The position numbers were made by a program, and so were the translations under genes. From contig OZ024740.1 in assembly GCA_964016885.1 (NCBI GenBank), forward strand, positions 349,122,001-349,186,000: DNA of 64,000 nt. Direction: 5' to 3'. The number at the start of each line of letters is the position of its first letter. Position 1 is the first letter of the stretch. This DNA is from Eledone cirrhosa (taxonomy: Eukaryota). The notes beneath the pieces were generated by a model. The model was not told the origin of the DNA and searched no databases. It saw nothing but the letters and a program-made list of their open reading frames with translations. Shown here one piece after another: positions 23,440 to 36,338 of this stretch.

Positions 23440-24300
23440 CTAAAATCATAAATCTCCCTGTAATATGGCCCTCGTATGCTTATTGTATGGCTGCTACAAG
23501 AGAAGTGCAGCGAACAAAACATGGGATTATACGTTGTTTTGTGAGTTTTAGCAAATATTTTGACACTGTTAACAGGAATGCAGTGTGGCTCGTGCTGAAG
23601 AAATAGAGCTGTCCTGAAAATGTTTGAAGATATAGCCAAGGCTCCCCATAAGGATATGAAGGTCCCAGTTAACTTTGGTGGAACGCTATAGGAAATATTT
23701 CCTTCTGAATATGGCGTTAAGCAAGGTGATCCCGAAATACCGACAGTCTTCTCTATATATATGCAGCTATGCTATCTGATGGATTTGTAATTTCAAGTAT
23801 CTAAAGTCTGGTCAGATCGCCATATTATTTTTGGCGCTAAGATCATGTTATATGTCTCATTCGAGCTTCCTGCACTACTGCATTATTCTACATGGACAAC
23901 ATAAAAGCGTTGTGTAAAAATGTTGGAAATATTTCCTCAGAATGCAAACGCCCCATACTCAGAATAAACTAATTTTCACTCTGTTTTAAAACTGAGGTTC
24001 TCGTTGAAGCTAAGATCACATCAATCCAAACTATACTTATTAGAAATTAACTACAGTGACACGCCATCACATCGCATTCTCAAGCAAATGTTTTATGATT
24101 AGCTTAATCTGGGAAAGAGAAACAAATAGTAAGCCAAAAAAATATAAAAAGACTCTTTAAATTCCTATTTGAAATGTCTTAGATTATGTTACAAAAGTCA
24201 TGAATCTTATGCAGCAGATAGGGAAACATGGAACATCGCGAGCTATATTTTGAATCTGAGTTCAAGATTTCGAGCTTCACTTAGTTAAGCATGCTGAAAC
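23440..24300 (+). mobile_element. Highly degenerate RTE/BovB-like LINE remnant
   Basis: Fragments LQEKCSEQNMGLYVV...FDTVNR and GVKQGD resemble RT motifs, with many stops and frameshifts. Confidence 0.45.
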
Positions 24301-24879
24301 AAAAAGGTTCGTGAACATGAGATTAATAGCAATAGCGTTGGTATTAATTCTCATTCTTTCATTAAATCTTCCTTCTGCACAAAATTATGCATAGCTCGTG
24401 GTTGTGTGACATCACACAGGCTCACACGTGCGGGCAAGGCCCACATGAAATATTGGAATTTCATTCCAGTCGATCAGTTTCATTGCCATGTTTGTCAAAA
24501 AACCTGCAATTCGCGTACATTATTGAAGCGGCTCGTAAACACTCGTAGTATTCAAGCGGAAAATGGAGCCAATGTTAAATGAAACATTGTTGCAGTGTTT
24601 GCAGTCAGCTCTTTAAATACATTTCGGAGCTCGAAAGTCAGTTAATATCCCACGCTAGGAAAGAGCAATTAAGGTGCAAGAAAAGACCAATCTGTTCAAG
24701 GAGTAGACAACCTGAATTAATTCCACATCACTTAAATATATGTAGATGTTAGCAAATATTGTGATAAGATAATTGATGTAAATTCAAATATAAAATATTA
24801 CGTTAGATGCAGGTCTCGAATAACAAAGGGAATGAAACGATTTGGTTTCCAGGACAAGCTATATACTTGTTATACTATA

Positions 24880-25776
24880 CTAGCATTAAAGCCCGGCGTT
24901 ACTCGGGGTCAGTAAGTTACCAAAGTTAGGTTGCACCACCCATTTTATGGCAGCACTTTTTTGTCTGCCAGGCACTGGGTGAATGAATTTCAGACCTGGA
25001 CTGCCGAAGCAGGAGCTGCACCAGCAGTCAGAATTGTAGTTTCGCCTATGGATATTATCTCTGCAAAGAAGTGTTGAAATTTATTGTTTCACAGTACTTG
25101 CGCCACACGTGCATAGACGATGACAGCAGAAACAACAGAACTGCGATGGAGTTGTTCTGCATGGTTGTCTAATGTGTGTTTTCTAAATTTAAGACAGTAG
25201 GGAGTGGTGTGATATGGGGGGAGAGTTAGCTGCTGCTTCTAGTAGGTTTAGTGAACTCATAGAGGATATTATTGTGTATAGTAAATGAAATGATACTTCT
25301 TTCTTCCACGTTCGTTGATAGATGTTTTAAAAAAGATTTATCGCTATTTTTTGTTGTTGTTGAATAAATTTATCTGTTGCTTTTGAATAATTGTTGTTTC
25401 GTAAAATGTAATAAGTTCTCTTTGTCATTGAAGTAAATAAATGTTTGACCGTTCCACACTCAAAAACAAACGTTCTCTCTCTCTCTTACTCTCTTCTCTC
25501 TCTCTCTTCGGCGTTCCTAAAGGAAGTTTGTAAGCATGTATGTAGTTTTATCGAATTCATAGGGGAGTAGAGAGAGTAAATCTGATTGTATTAGAGGGAT
25601 AAAGCGTCATGTATTTAGTTTTATCGATTATTTCCGTAATTGTTGGTGAGTTTAAATGAAATATATAGTCGTTGGTCTAAGTCTTACAGACTTTGAGTCG
25701 AATCGGTTTGAAATTGTGCAAATATATAAACATAGAACATGCACACACACAACAACAACAATCTGCCTTTTATAGA
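24880..25776 (-). mobile_element. Non-autonomous Helitron
   Basis: A|CTAG plus hairpin CCCGGCGTTACTCGGG at the left end; ...CACACAC...CTTTTATAGA|T at the right end. Confidence 0.65.
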
Positions 25777-27142
25777 TAATGATTACATAATACTAATAAT
25801 ATAGAAGCATTGCATGTTTCATACAATTTATGTAATGATATATATGTGGTTAGAATGTCTCAGGAAAGAATGCCTGGACCAGATTTTACGGGCAAAACCA
25901 ACCGGCAGAAGACCCAAGGATAGACCCCGAGCAAGATGGCTGGATAACATCCATGAACTTGGCTGGTCTCGCTTGGGTATTAAGCCGGATTAGCTGCAGA
26001 CGGTTACTTCTGACAGGACTCGCTGGAAGGAATAATGATATGAATATATGTTTAATATGTCTAGTATTTCGACGTCAAATTACACGTGTATTCAATTGAA
26101 TAAGATAGAATTGGTTAATATTGTTTGGATACCACTGTAAAAATATTACTGACGTCATTAGACTAGCGACGTCTAATGTCAAGAATAAATATTCTTAGAT
26201 AAGTTTCAGCGTAAAGTATATACTTTAAAATAGAATAAAATAAGACAAGCAATACTTCCAAGTGAACTCAGAAATATAGACACTAAAGTGTCATGTTTAA
26301 AGAGGTTCATCTAAATACAAATAAAAGAATTGAAAACAAGACTCTACGGAATTTTCATGTTATTTTTATTAAATACAAATAATGATCTTTGAATATTAAT
26401 ATGTACAACAAAGGAAAATATATGTATGTTCAATATAATATATGTATAACCAGGTTTACACAGCATTTAATAAAAGGTAAAAGTAATTTACACTTATATG
26501 TTGTTACTTGAGAGTATAAATTTTTATTATAAAAAATAATCATATATAGTGATTTGGTTCTAAGAGGAAATATATATGAATAAATCTAAAAAAGATAATT
26601 ACTGTTATAATATATCCATACATTTTACCCCGCTTACCACTGCATATATTAAATTCAGACAAATGCGAATACAAATAAATTATCCGTATCTCCAGCCCTT
26701 TCCTATGTAGGACTATTGATATGGGAATTTTTTTGTTTGCTTGTGTGTATCTATGTGTGTATATACGAAAGAGCGAGTATGTATATATGAGATGAAACTG
26801 TACTTGCGCAATTGTGTTCCAACCCATGTCGAATTGGGGGAAATAATTGTAAAAATGGAAGTCAGAGGGTATAGAGATGATGATTATAATTATCAAGATT
26901 TTGAAACAAAATAATATATTGATACTAAGGGAACAATATTGGTAGATGCACTGTAATATTAAATTGTTGAAATTCTTTAAACATACAGATATCTTTGAAA
27001 TAATATTTGAAAAATATTACATATTTTAAAAGAAGTAAAAAGATATAAAAATAATATAACCACATGGTGGCCAACAAATATTCATAACATTATGAGACAC
27101 CTTCGCGTTACATCGCAGTTTAAAATTTGGTAGTTCATTGCT

Positions 27143-27670
27143 TTACGACACATAATCGTTTCCATTTCCCTCAGTTATCACATCAACTCTCCGTGCACAA
27201 ACACAGGCTGTTGCCACATCTATTACACTTGGACTATACACATACAGACCATCAACACATTTATCTGTACGTTTGAGGACTGTCATTTTAGTATACACTG
27301 CCACACATTGGTGATTGTTGTCAGAGCCTAGACAGTCTGTACAACGACACACTACTTCTGTACGTGATGGAGGGAAGACTGTTGAATTATGGGTAATCTT
27401 CAGGTACCAAGGGCAAGTTGAACGTTCACTGATGATATCAGAGGAAACAGCAGATGTTGGACAAGTTTTATCTCCCTCTGTGAGTATAGGATGATTACTT
27501 TCTGCTGGAGCCATTTCAGCCGGTAGAAAGAAATTGTTGCCAATGGCTGCACTGGATAAACTCTCGTAGCGGACTTTCAAATTAGTTGGTATTTCACATT
27601 GACCCTGGATTGGTGCCGAAGACGTGATGAAAATGTAGTTGAACATCAGGATTAAAATCTGGATAAGGCC
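27143..27670 (-). CDS. IL17: IL-17-like cytokine, gene 3 (subtype B mature domain), exon 2
   Basis: GLIQILILMFNYIFITSSAPIQGQCEIP...ERSTCPW...VVCRC...ACVCARR. Acceptor tcttacag| at 27671. Confidence 0.92.
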   Translation of the reverse strand, partial: GLIQILILMFNYIFITSSAPIQGQCEIPTNLKVRYESLSSAAIGNNFFLPAEMAPAESNHPILTEGDKTCPTSAVSSDIISERSTCPWYLKITHNSTVFPPSRTEVVCRCTDCLGSDNNHQCVAVYTKMTVLKRTDKCVDGLYVYSPSVIDVATACVCARRVDVITEGNGNDYVS

Positions 27671-28194
27671 CTGTAAGAATGAAAATGTTTTATTTTAAAG
27701 TGCAAAACGTATCTAGATGAGTCATATACAACAGCCCTTTTAGAATATGTTGAAAACAAGATTAACTTAAATGTGAACCAACATCTTGCATCTGAATCCA
27801 CCCTCAAAGCTGAGGATAGCTACACTATGAAAAGGGACGAAGACTTTAAGTACCGCGGGTCCTGGATCATAAATTCTGGGAAGGTATTTTCCACCAGAAA
27901 AGCCCAAACAAAGTCAGCTTGCAGATGTTAGACCACATTTGGCGTTGCAGTCTTCCTAACTCTTTGAAAGTCTAGCTTTTCCAAGTCCAAATCCAGCCAA
28001 TACTACTCTTATATCCAGATGTCATAATCAAGGATGTTAATGTTGACATTCAGGATTGGAGACTAACTTGAGCGACAGACCCACGTCTGTCGTTGAGTTT
28101 ATTTCGGCCGAGGTCGCAGGGTGATGAACTAGTACGATTCTGTAATTAATATAATTTGCATTCGCAATGACGAAAGACAATAAATGTATATATG

Positions 28195-28265
<71 letters not shown>

Positions 28266-28323
28266 ATGTAAACATGACAACATACAGAAATATATAAGAT
28301 ATCGTTAATTTAAGTTTACTTAC

Positions 28324-28335
28324 TGTAGTTATCAT
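28324..28335 (-). CDS. IL17: IL-17 gene 3 coding micro-exon 1 (MITT)
   Basis: ATGATAACTACA|GTAAGT, phase 0. TATATATAAAA and CCGGAAA lie ~125-150 nt upstream. Confidence 0.78.
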
Positions 28336-31300
28336 TATACTGCTTGTGTTCACTTGGAATTGGATAAAGAATACAACTGTATGAAATTATACAAATAACA
28401 CTTGTGTCTTAGTTTCTCATGCGATGTACCTTCTTAATGATACCTTCAGACATAAGTTGTTTTTATATATACAGTGTTCGAGACCGGAAAATATGACGTT
28501 ACACATAGGTAAATAAAAGTATTTGAATAAATTAAATACGGACGGAAATACGGACGGAACTAGCAAGTATCTGAAGTGGTAATAAATACATGTGTGTGTA
28601 ATGTTACACTTACTTTTGGCTTTTCCAGCTTTTGTCATAATACGTTTCCCGGATTATTTAATATGACCTATATAACTACTGCCCACTCATTCGATAAAAT
28701 AATAGAGAAAAGAATAATCACTTAACTGTTGTAGTATTTCTATTTTTAGTATTTTATATATTTAAAAAATAAATAATCGATAAGGTCGCTTTATTTTTCA
28801 GTTAATTAAAGCAAAGTAAAAACTGCATTTCTCAGAATAGGCTTTCATCTTGAAAGACTTAAATATCTTCATCTCGGAGTAGCTGTTGACAAATAACGTG
28901 AAATTATAATTTTCTAAGCTTATAATATTTTACATATGTAAGAAAATAATGTTTCTTTTGTAAAAGTAAACTCTAAAAAACGATATAATGTTAACGTACA
29001 AAATAATACTTTATTATGTAAAATTGTCAATTATACATAAACAGTTCGCTCATTAATACAATATAATACAAAAGAATGTCTGAAAAGAAGCATATTTCTG
29101 ATTTTACAGTCGGTGAGTGGTACCCAAGTATGAGTACAATGGTACAAATTATAGCAACAATGGTACAAATTATTTAATAGTAACCATAAAATATGGTATA
29201 TTTGAAGATATTTAATAATTAGAGTAACATTATTAGTGTTCCAATCATATAACAAAGATTTCAAACGAAACTAGCATGATTATTTTTGCTGTAGTGTGAA
29301 TTTGTTGCGAATAACTCGAAACAATTGTGTTTGTGGGCGTTTGTTAATATTGCATGTGTGAGTTTATTTTAATTGTTCTGTTTCATATATTAAAGTGTCT
29401 GCTTTTATTTCTAGACTTTCATACACTATTTTTCTGTTTCTGGCGTATGTGTGTATATGTGTGCTTGTATATGCGTGTGAGCGTGTGCGTGTGTGTGTTT
29501 GTTTGTGTGCTTGTGTTGTATATGAGAGTGCATTATCATCTCATATTCGTTAACATATTTCTGAATCTAATGATATATGTGCGCGTGCCATTTGCTGTGC
29601 TCTGAATCATTAAGTGATAAAATATATACATGTATTCTTTTATAGTTGAATTAATTTAATAGTCTAAGATTTTGCTCAGTAGCCACGCTGGGGTAGGTCG
29701 TTCACGAAGATTTATCAATCCCAGTATTTATTAAAACAGTCATTACAACATTTCAACAAGAGATAGTAATTAGGAGAAAGAGTCAAACAAGGAATGAGAA
29801 ATGAAAGCATGACAACAAAATATATGAACACCCGAAATAGCTACGTATGAACTAGCAGATGCATAAAGGATTAAATAATTATACCACAACATTGGAATAA
29901 CTTATTATAAGATCAGAAGTCTATTAAAGACATTGGTGTCTCATTTAAATCTGGTTGCCGTTCCTACCAATCAGCCATTTTCATGTTAGGCAATCAGTCC
30001 CAATATGTGCATTTAAATCTCCCTGTAGTATATAAGACTATATTACTGCTAACACTGCAGTGACTTCATCAAAGAAGGATCTGATCGTGTTCTATATTTG
30101 GTGCATCAACTTGCATATCATCTATCCCGATAGAATTCATTCTATAACATATTCTGACAGCAGGGGAATTTTGAGGAATCCCCGTTTCTGTCACCACACA
30201 TGAATACTGGAGTTTTCCTCCTCCATGCAAAATCTACCGACTTTAGGGTTTAGATGAAATCCAGCTTTATATTGGCAAAAAACATTTTCTGGTAGAGTAT
30301 CCACTGGCTTCGTAATAATACGTCCCAGTCCTTATCTGCTATCGCTAACTCACCAGGAGTCTCTTCTCACTGCGGCGTGCATCCTCAAAAGGTGTAAAAA
30401 ATCCAGTCACAACAATATATTCTGATGTACATAAGGTGCATGTAGGGTCGAAGACGTACATCTTGGTGGCTGTAATCAAGAGCAATTAAAGCGCTCAAAA
30501 GAGGCTCTGCTTCTTAGGAAGATGAATTTCGGCCCGCGATGTTAAATTCCTTAAATTGAGAAAGTATATTCTGCTCGTGCCAATACGTGTGTTGCAGGAG
30601 GCCTGGATTTCTTGAAAGGCACCAAGCGTTGTCAATAGGGGGAGAGAATCCCAATTTTTTAAAAGGCAAAACAAGAAGGCTTACTCTTTTACAAAAGAAT
30701 GTTCTTGTTAAGCCTCGCCGGTAAAGTCTAAATTAAGTGTCTGGCAAAGCAATTTATGGGTATTTTTTAGCCTAATCTAGCTGAGAAACAGTGATCTTTG
30801 CCCCATATGTAACTAAGACGACCAAATATTTCCACTGTGGCAGGTATTCGATAAATCATGGTATTATGTATTTTTGTTTATGAACATAAAAAAAGAATAC
30901 GACCAAGCTCTAATATTTTGCAGGAATGTGAGATCGACGGACGGTTTCTTATTGCTTTGAAGATCCTATTCGAATCACAAGTATTTGTGTCCGAATAAAA
31001 TTCGAAACCATTTAATGATGGTGTCTGAACCTGGATGTTGGAATTGTTTCAGAAAATGTTTACATATCTCATAAATTACAGAGAAAGGCTAAAGGATTTA
31101 TAAACCCATTAAATATTTAGTCTAAGTAATTTGCTAGCTTGGAAAAGGGTTATAACAAGAATTTGGACTGTTTATAATTTTGCACTGGTTTATTCTGAGG
31201 GGTATAAAAAATAAGTGCTAAGAATAAAATAAGCAGGAATGGATACAAATAACTTAAGAACTGAGTTTTCCAGAAATAGTGTTAAACAAATATTAATGCC

Positions 31301-31684
31301 TTATAATACCCTTTAATAATAAGTTATCTACATTGCTTGATAATATCCGATACAAACTTAGGGAAATACCTATCATTCAGATTAAATTTAAATTGTTTTA
31401 AACTTAGCCTCATTGTTAGATTAAGTGTTTAAGCATTCTAACAATGTACAATTTCTATCATCATATATTTGAGTTATGAGAAACACTTACCTTAAGTAGA
31501 AACTCGTTATATGCACGTTGATAAGAGACAAGTACTATCAACATAAACAACATCGTATGAAAGTATGGGTTCAGTCAGTTAGCTATGCAGAAGTAATGAC
31601 TGACATTAAATATGAGACGCAAACATACACACACACACATGATACACACACACACTCACAAACACACACATACATAGACACCCA

Positions 31685-31761
<77 letters not shown>

Positions 31762-31764
<3 letters not shown>

Positions 31765-32519
31765 CTGAGTTTTTCGAATATTAATAATAATACTCGATTC
31801 GTTTGCAATTATGCAAACAACCCTCAATTTTATAGCCATGTCAGTAGAATGAACCCTTCATTCTTGCTCTTGTGTTGGCATGTGAACAGAAATGCAGACA
31901 CTAATGTTTCTAGGTACCATCCTTCATCAGTACAGCTCACAGTTCACTTGCCAAACTGTCAGAGCTAGTGAAAATATATGCTATTTTCAAAAAATACACA
32001 GTGACTGATCGGCCTGATTTGCATATTAGTAGACTGGCTGATCAGTCAGATCTGCATATTAGCAGATTCACTGATCAGCCAGATTTTCATATCAGCAGAC
32101 TGGCCAGTTAGTTTCCTGTATACGAGCGATAAATGGCAAGCTTTGCCAAATTCAAATAGAAAAGAAAATTTTCGCTCTACATGGCTGAATACAATGAATG
32201 TAATCTGAGTTTTTCGAAAATTAATAATAACATTCGATTCGTTTGCAATTATGTAAACAACCCTCAATTGTATAGCCATGTCAGTAGAATGAACCCTTCA
32301 TTCTTGCTCTTGTTTTGGCATGTGAACAGAACTGCAGACACTAATGTTTCTGGGTATCACCCTTCATCAGTACAGCTCACTGTTCACCTGCTAAATCTGG
32401 CTGATCAGTTGATCTGCTAATATGCAGATCTGACTGATCAGCCAGTTTGCTAATATGCAAATCAGGCCGATCAGTGTATTTTTGAAAATAGCATATATTT
32501 TCACTAGCTCTGCCAGTTT
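31762..32519. repeat. Interleaved direct (~190 bp) and inverted (~130 bp) repeats
   Basis: Direct: 31762-31949 ~ 32201-32390. Inverted: 31953-32086 ~ reverse complement of 32393-32519. Starts at a (TA)n tract. Confidence 0.85.
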
Positions 32520-33756
32520 ACTCAATGGCAGGTTACTCAAGTATAAAGTTGAATAGAATTGTGTTGAATGATATCTGTTGGATAAATATCATTTGGAAAA
32601 GTAACAGTATTAGATATGAACCAGTACTTAATGATGTCGTTATATCAACACTATCTAATTTTCCATGAAGAAAGAGTAGTTGTTTTTAAATCAACTTCGT
32701 TTTTTATAAGTATGAAGATACATCATTGAATATATATATTAAAAGTAGGATAAAAAAACACAGGCAATATATATTCCTAAGTAAACTCAGAAATGTAGAT
32801 AAGATGGAAGAGATGTTAAATAAAATATAAGTTGAAGAATGGAACACAAAAGATATGAGTAGCAATGATTTTTAGAATATTATTTTTATTAAAATACAAA
32901 TAATTATTTTTCAAGTATTAATATTTATAACAAATGAAAGTATATCTATTGTCGTTCAAGTAGTTAATCAACATTGTATAGCATATAATCAAAAATAATT
33001 TAATGTGTTACTCGAGAGTATCAAAGACTAATATAAAGATGTACAGCCATATATAATTGTTTCTACTTTAGGCACAAGGCCAGCAAATCACCAGTACATT
33101 ACTGGTACTTTATTCATAGACCCCGTAAGGATGAAACGCGAAAGATCAGTAACGTAATACACAACGTTATTTAAACTCAGCATTTGACGGCTCGTTATTA
33201 AGTAACACGACATATTTTGTTTCTTGATCTACCAAATCTGGAAAACTCAACACAAGTTGTGTAATATACGCAATTTAACCGTACTGCATTTATCAGTTAA
33301 ATCGTGGAAAGGATTTTCAATGACACAATGGAAAATCATTAAAAAGATATACGGGTATAAATATATAATCCATATTCCAGTAACTTATCTCAAGTAAACA
33401 GAGGAATGTGGGAGAATTAATATGTGAATATGATTGTATCTATGTACATCTATGTGTACTTTGCGCAATTGCGTATAAGATATTATTTGTCCAGATGCTC
33501 CCATCCATGCCAGCATGATGGTGATGTTGAGGATGATGATTATGGAGAAACTAAATACATTAATGCCTTTTAGATCGCAATATTGGTGTCTATGTTAGAA
33601 CATTAAATATGTTTGTTGAATTTCATTAAATACTGAAATATTTAGAAAATCCATATATATGGTATATTTACATATGCTGTAAGATGTTAAAATACATAAA
33701 ACTATTATGAGAAATATGTTTGTCCACAAAGTTCAATACTATGAATTGATTTTCTG

Positions 33757-34305
33757 TTACACTCTGTTAGAAATGGTTTGGCTGTTATACGACTCATAAT
33801 CCTTTTCATTTCCTTGAGTTATCACATCAACTTTCCGAGCACAAACACAGGCTGTTGCCACATTTATTACATTTGGACTATACATGTACAGTCCATCAAT
33901 ACATTTATCTGTACGTTTGAGTATCGTCATGTTAGTGATTACTGAGGTACATTGGTAATTTTGATAAGAGCCTATACAATCGTTACAGCGACACACTACT
34001 TCTGTCCGTGATGGAGGGAAGACTGTTGAATCATGTGTAATCTTCAGGTACCAAGGGCAAGTCGAACTTTCACTGATGTTATCAGAAGAAAGATCAGATA
34101 TGTTAGCCTGATCTGTTAGTTGTAGCTGGTCACTTTCAGCTGAAGCCTTTTCTGCCGGTAGAAAAAAGTGATTGCCAATTGCTGCACTGGACAGTCTCTC
34201 GTAGCGGACTTTCAAATCAGTGGGTATTCCACATAGTCCCTTGATTGGGGTCGAAGATGTAATGAAGATATAGATGAATAGAAAGATCATAATCTCTATG
34301 AGAAC
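33757..34305 (-). CDS. IL17: IL-17-like cytokine, gene 4 (subtype A), exon 2
   Basis: 177-aa ORF 33757-34290 extended to acceptor ttacag| at 34306. Has the IL-17 cysteine pattern and a hydrophobic signal peptide. Confidence 0.92.
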   Translation of the reverse strand, partial: VLIEIMIFLFIYIFITSSTPIKGLCGIPTDLKVRYERLSSAAIGNHFFLPAEKASAESDQLQLTDQANISDLSSDNISESSTCPWYLKITHDSTVFPPSRTEVVCRCNDCIGSYQNYQCTSVITNMTILKRTDKCIDGLYMYSPNVINVATACVCARKVDVITQGNEKDYESYNSQTISNRV

Positions 34306-35261
34306 CTGTAAGGTAGAAACATTTCAATCAAATAAAGTTAAATATTTTTTATATGATAGTAATGCATCGTGATAAATTAATGTACGAACAACAAATTATT
34401 TTTTAAATATATATCAAGATAACAGGAACTATATTAAGTGTTCATTTTAAGTATAAAATGAGTGGCCTTATATATTGCACATTATGGTAGTCATATAATG
34501 TGCTATATATTTTTAACTGGGAATAAATAATAAAACAGCAGCCGCTTTATATGTTTTAGGAGAAACAGAGAGAATGTTAGGAAGATTTAAAATAGAGAAA
34601 AGAATGAGATTAGATCGTTACATGTGCGGTACTTTATGTAATAGTAAGATGAACGCAGCAACTTTATTCAACCATTTGAAATTGGATTATATAATTGTTT
34701 CTACTTTTGGCACAAGGCCAGCAATTATCCCAGGGACGTAACTGTGCTACAAAGCATGGCGTCCGACCCTCTACCGATACTGCCAATCCACCTAAATTGG
34801 ATTATATAATGGTTGCGTATAAATCAATGAAATGAAGAAATAAGAGAAATTACGAATGAGCGGCTCACTCTACACCATAGTCGGGGGGGGTATGTCTCTG
34901 CAGCCTCCCACAGACAAAAGGGCGAAAATATTGCTGCGAATTACATCCTGCGAGAGTTACAGCGGAATTGCCTTGTTTTGTGGTCGAAATGATATAGCTA
35001 GTAGGGAAGAACCTGTCGCAATACATATTGTGATAGGTTAGTGATTTACTCCTCTCCAACAGTAGGAGGATTAACATGTCTGGGCTCTCAACATCACCAT
35101 GGTCAAGACCGACGGGCTCTATTTATGGCTATTCTAACTTAAACAAGTCTTCTTACAAAGGTAACGCACACTATCTAGCCTATAGTTAAGGAATGAAATC
35201 CATGCTGTAAATTAATTTTTTTATAAGGAAATGGAGATAAATACACTTTCATTATAATAAA

Positions 35262-36182
35262 CTAGCAGTGGTACCCGGCGTTGCACGGGATAAGGTATTT
35301 TGGAACGTGGGCCGCCAACAGACCTAATCCTAGAAAAACTGCATGTGTGAACAATATGTAAAGAAAATATATCGAATACTCTGATGGCTGAATAATCTTT
35401 AAAATTTTCCTCGATGAAGCAGGAAAAATGCAGGTTTTCACCTAATGCGGGCCTCCTAGTGGATCAAGAAAATGAATTTTTTTATGTGCATAATATGCCT
35501 TTAAATTTCGGGAAAATCGGCTAGAGTTAACGCCTCAAAAAAGCCCTAAAATGCTGAAAAAATGAAGTTTTTCACCTAATGCCGCCCCTAGGTCATGAAA
35601 AAGTTGGATTTTCTTTGCTCACGGTATGAAGAAGAGACTGACTAATACATAGTTACAATTTCAAGGAAATCAGTCTGACGTAACGACTCAAAAAAAAAGC
35701 TAGAAACATGAAAAAATGCAGTTTTTCAATTAATGTGGGCCCTAGGGAATCAAAAAGTTGAATTTTGTATGTGCATAACACTCCCTGAAACATAAGTAAT
35801 ACACATGTAAAGTTTGAAAAAAGTCGGTTGGGCACTACTCGAGTTTTAGGGATTCACACACACACACACACACACAGACATCCTCAGGGAAGTTACGTAG
35901 TGCAGACACCAGACATACAGACAGATATTATAAGGGCGCGACGTTATATGTATGTATCTATCTAAAAAGAGAAAGACTAAGAATTATAGAGTCAGATCGC
36001 TAAATCGCCTAATGGGGTCCCTAGGGCATTGAAAATTTTTAATTTGTTTTGCTCAGAACACTCCCTGAAAGATAAGTATTACATGTGTAAAGTTTGAAAC
36101 CAGTCGGTTGGGTGGTTCTCGAGTTTTAGGGATTCAATCTCACACCCACACAGACAGACATCCTCAGTTTTATATATATAGA
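35262..36182 (-). mobile_element. Non-autonomous Helitron (duplicate of 1533-2474)
   Basis: Same termini and hairpin. Confidence 0.8.
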
Positions 36183-36323
36183 TAATTGATAATCACACAC
36201 ACAAACACACACACACACATACACACACACATATATATATATGTGTGTGTGTGTGCATAAGGATGCAAACACAACTAAATATGGAAATATATAAGATATC
36301 ATTATTAATTTAAGTTTACTTAC

Positions 36324-36338
36324 ATTAGCCATCATCAT
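36324..36338 (-). CDS. IL17: IL-17 gene 4 coding micro-exon 1 (MMMAN)
   Basis: ATGATGATGGCTAAT|GTAAGT. Confidence 0.8.
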
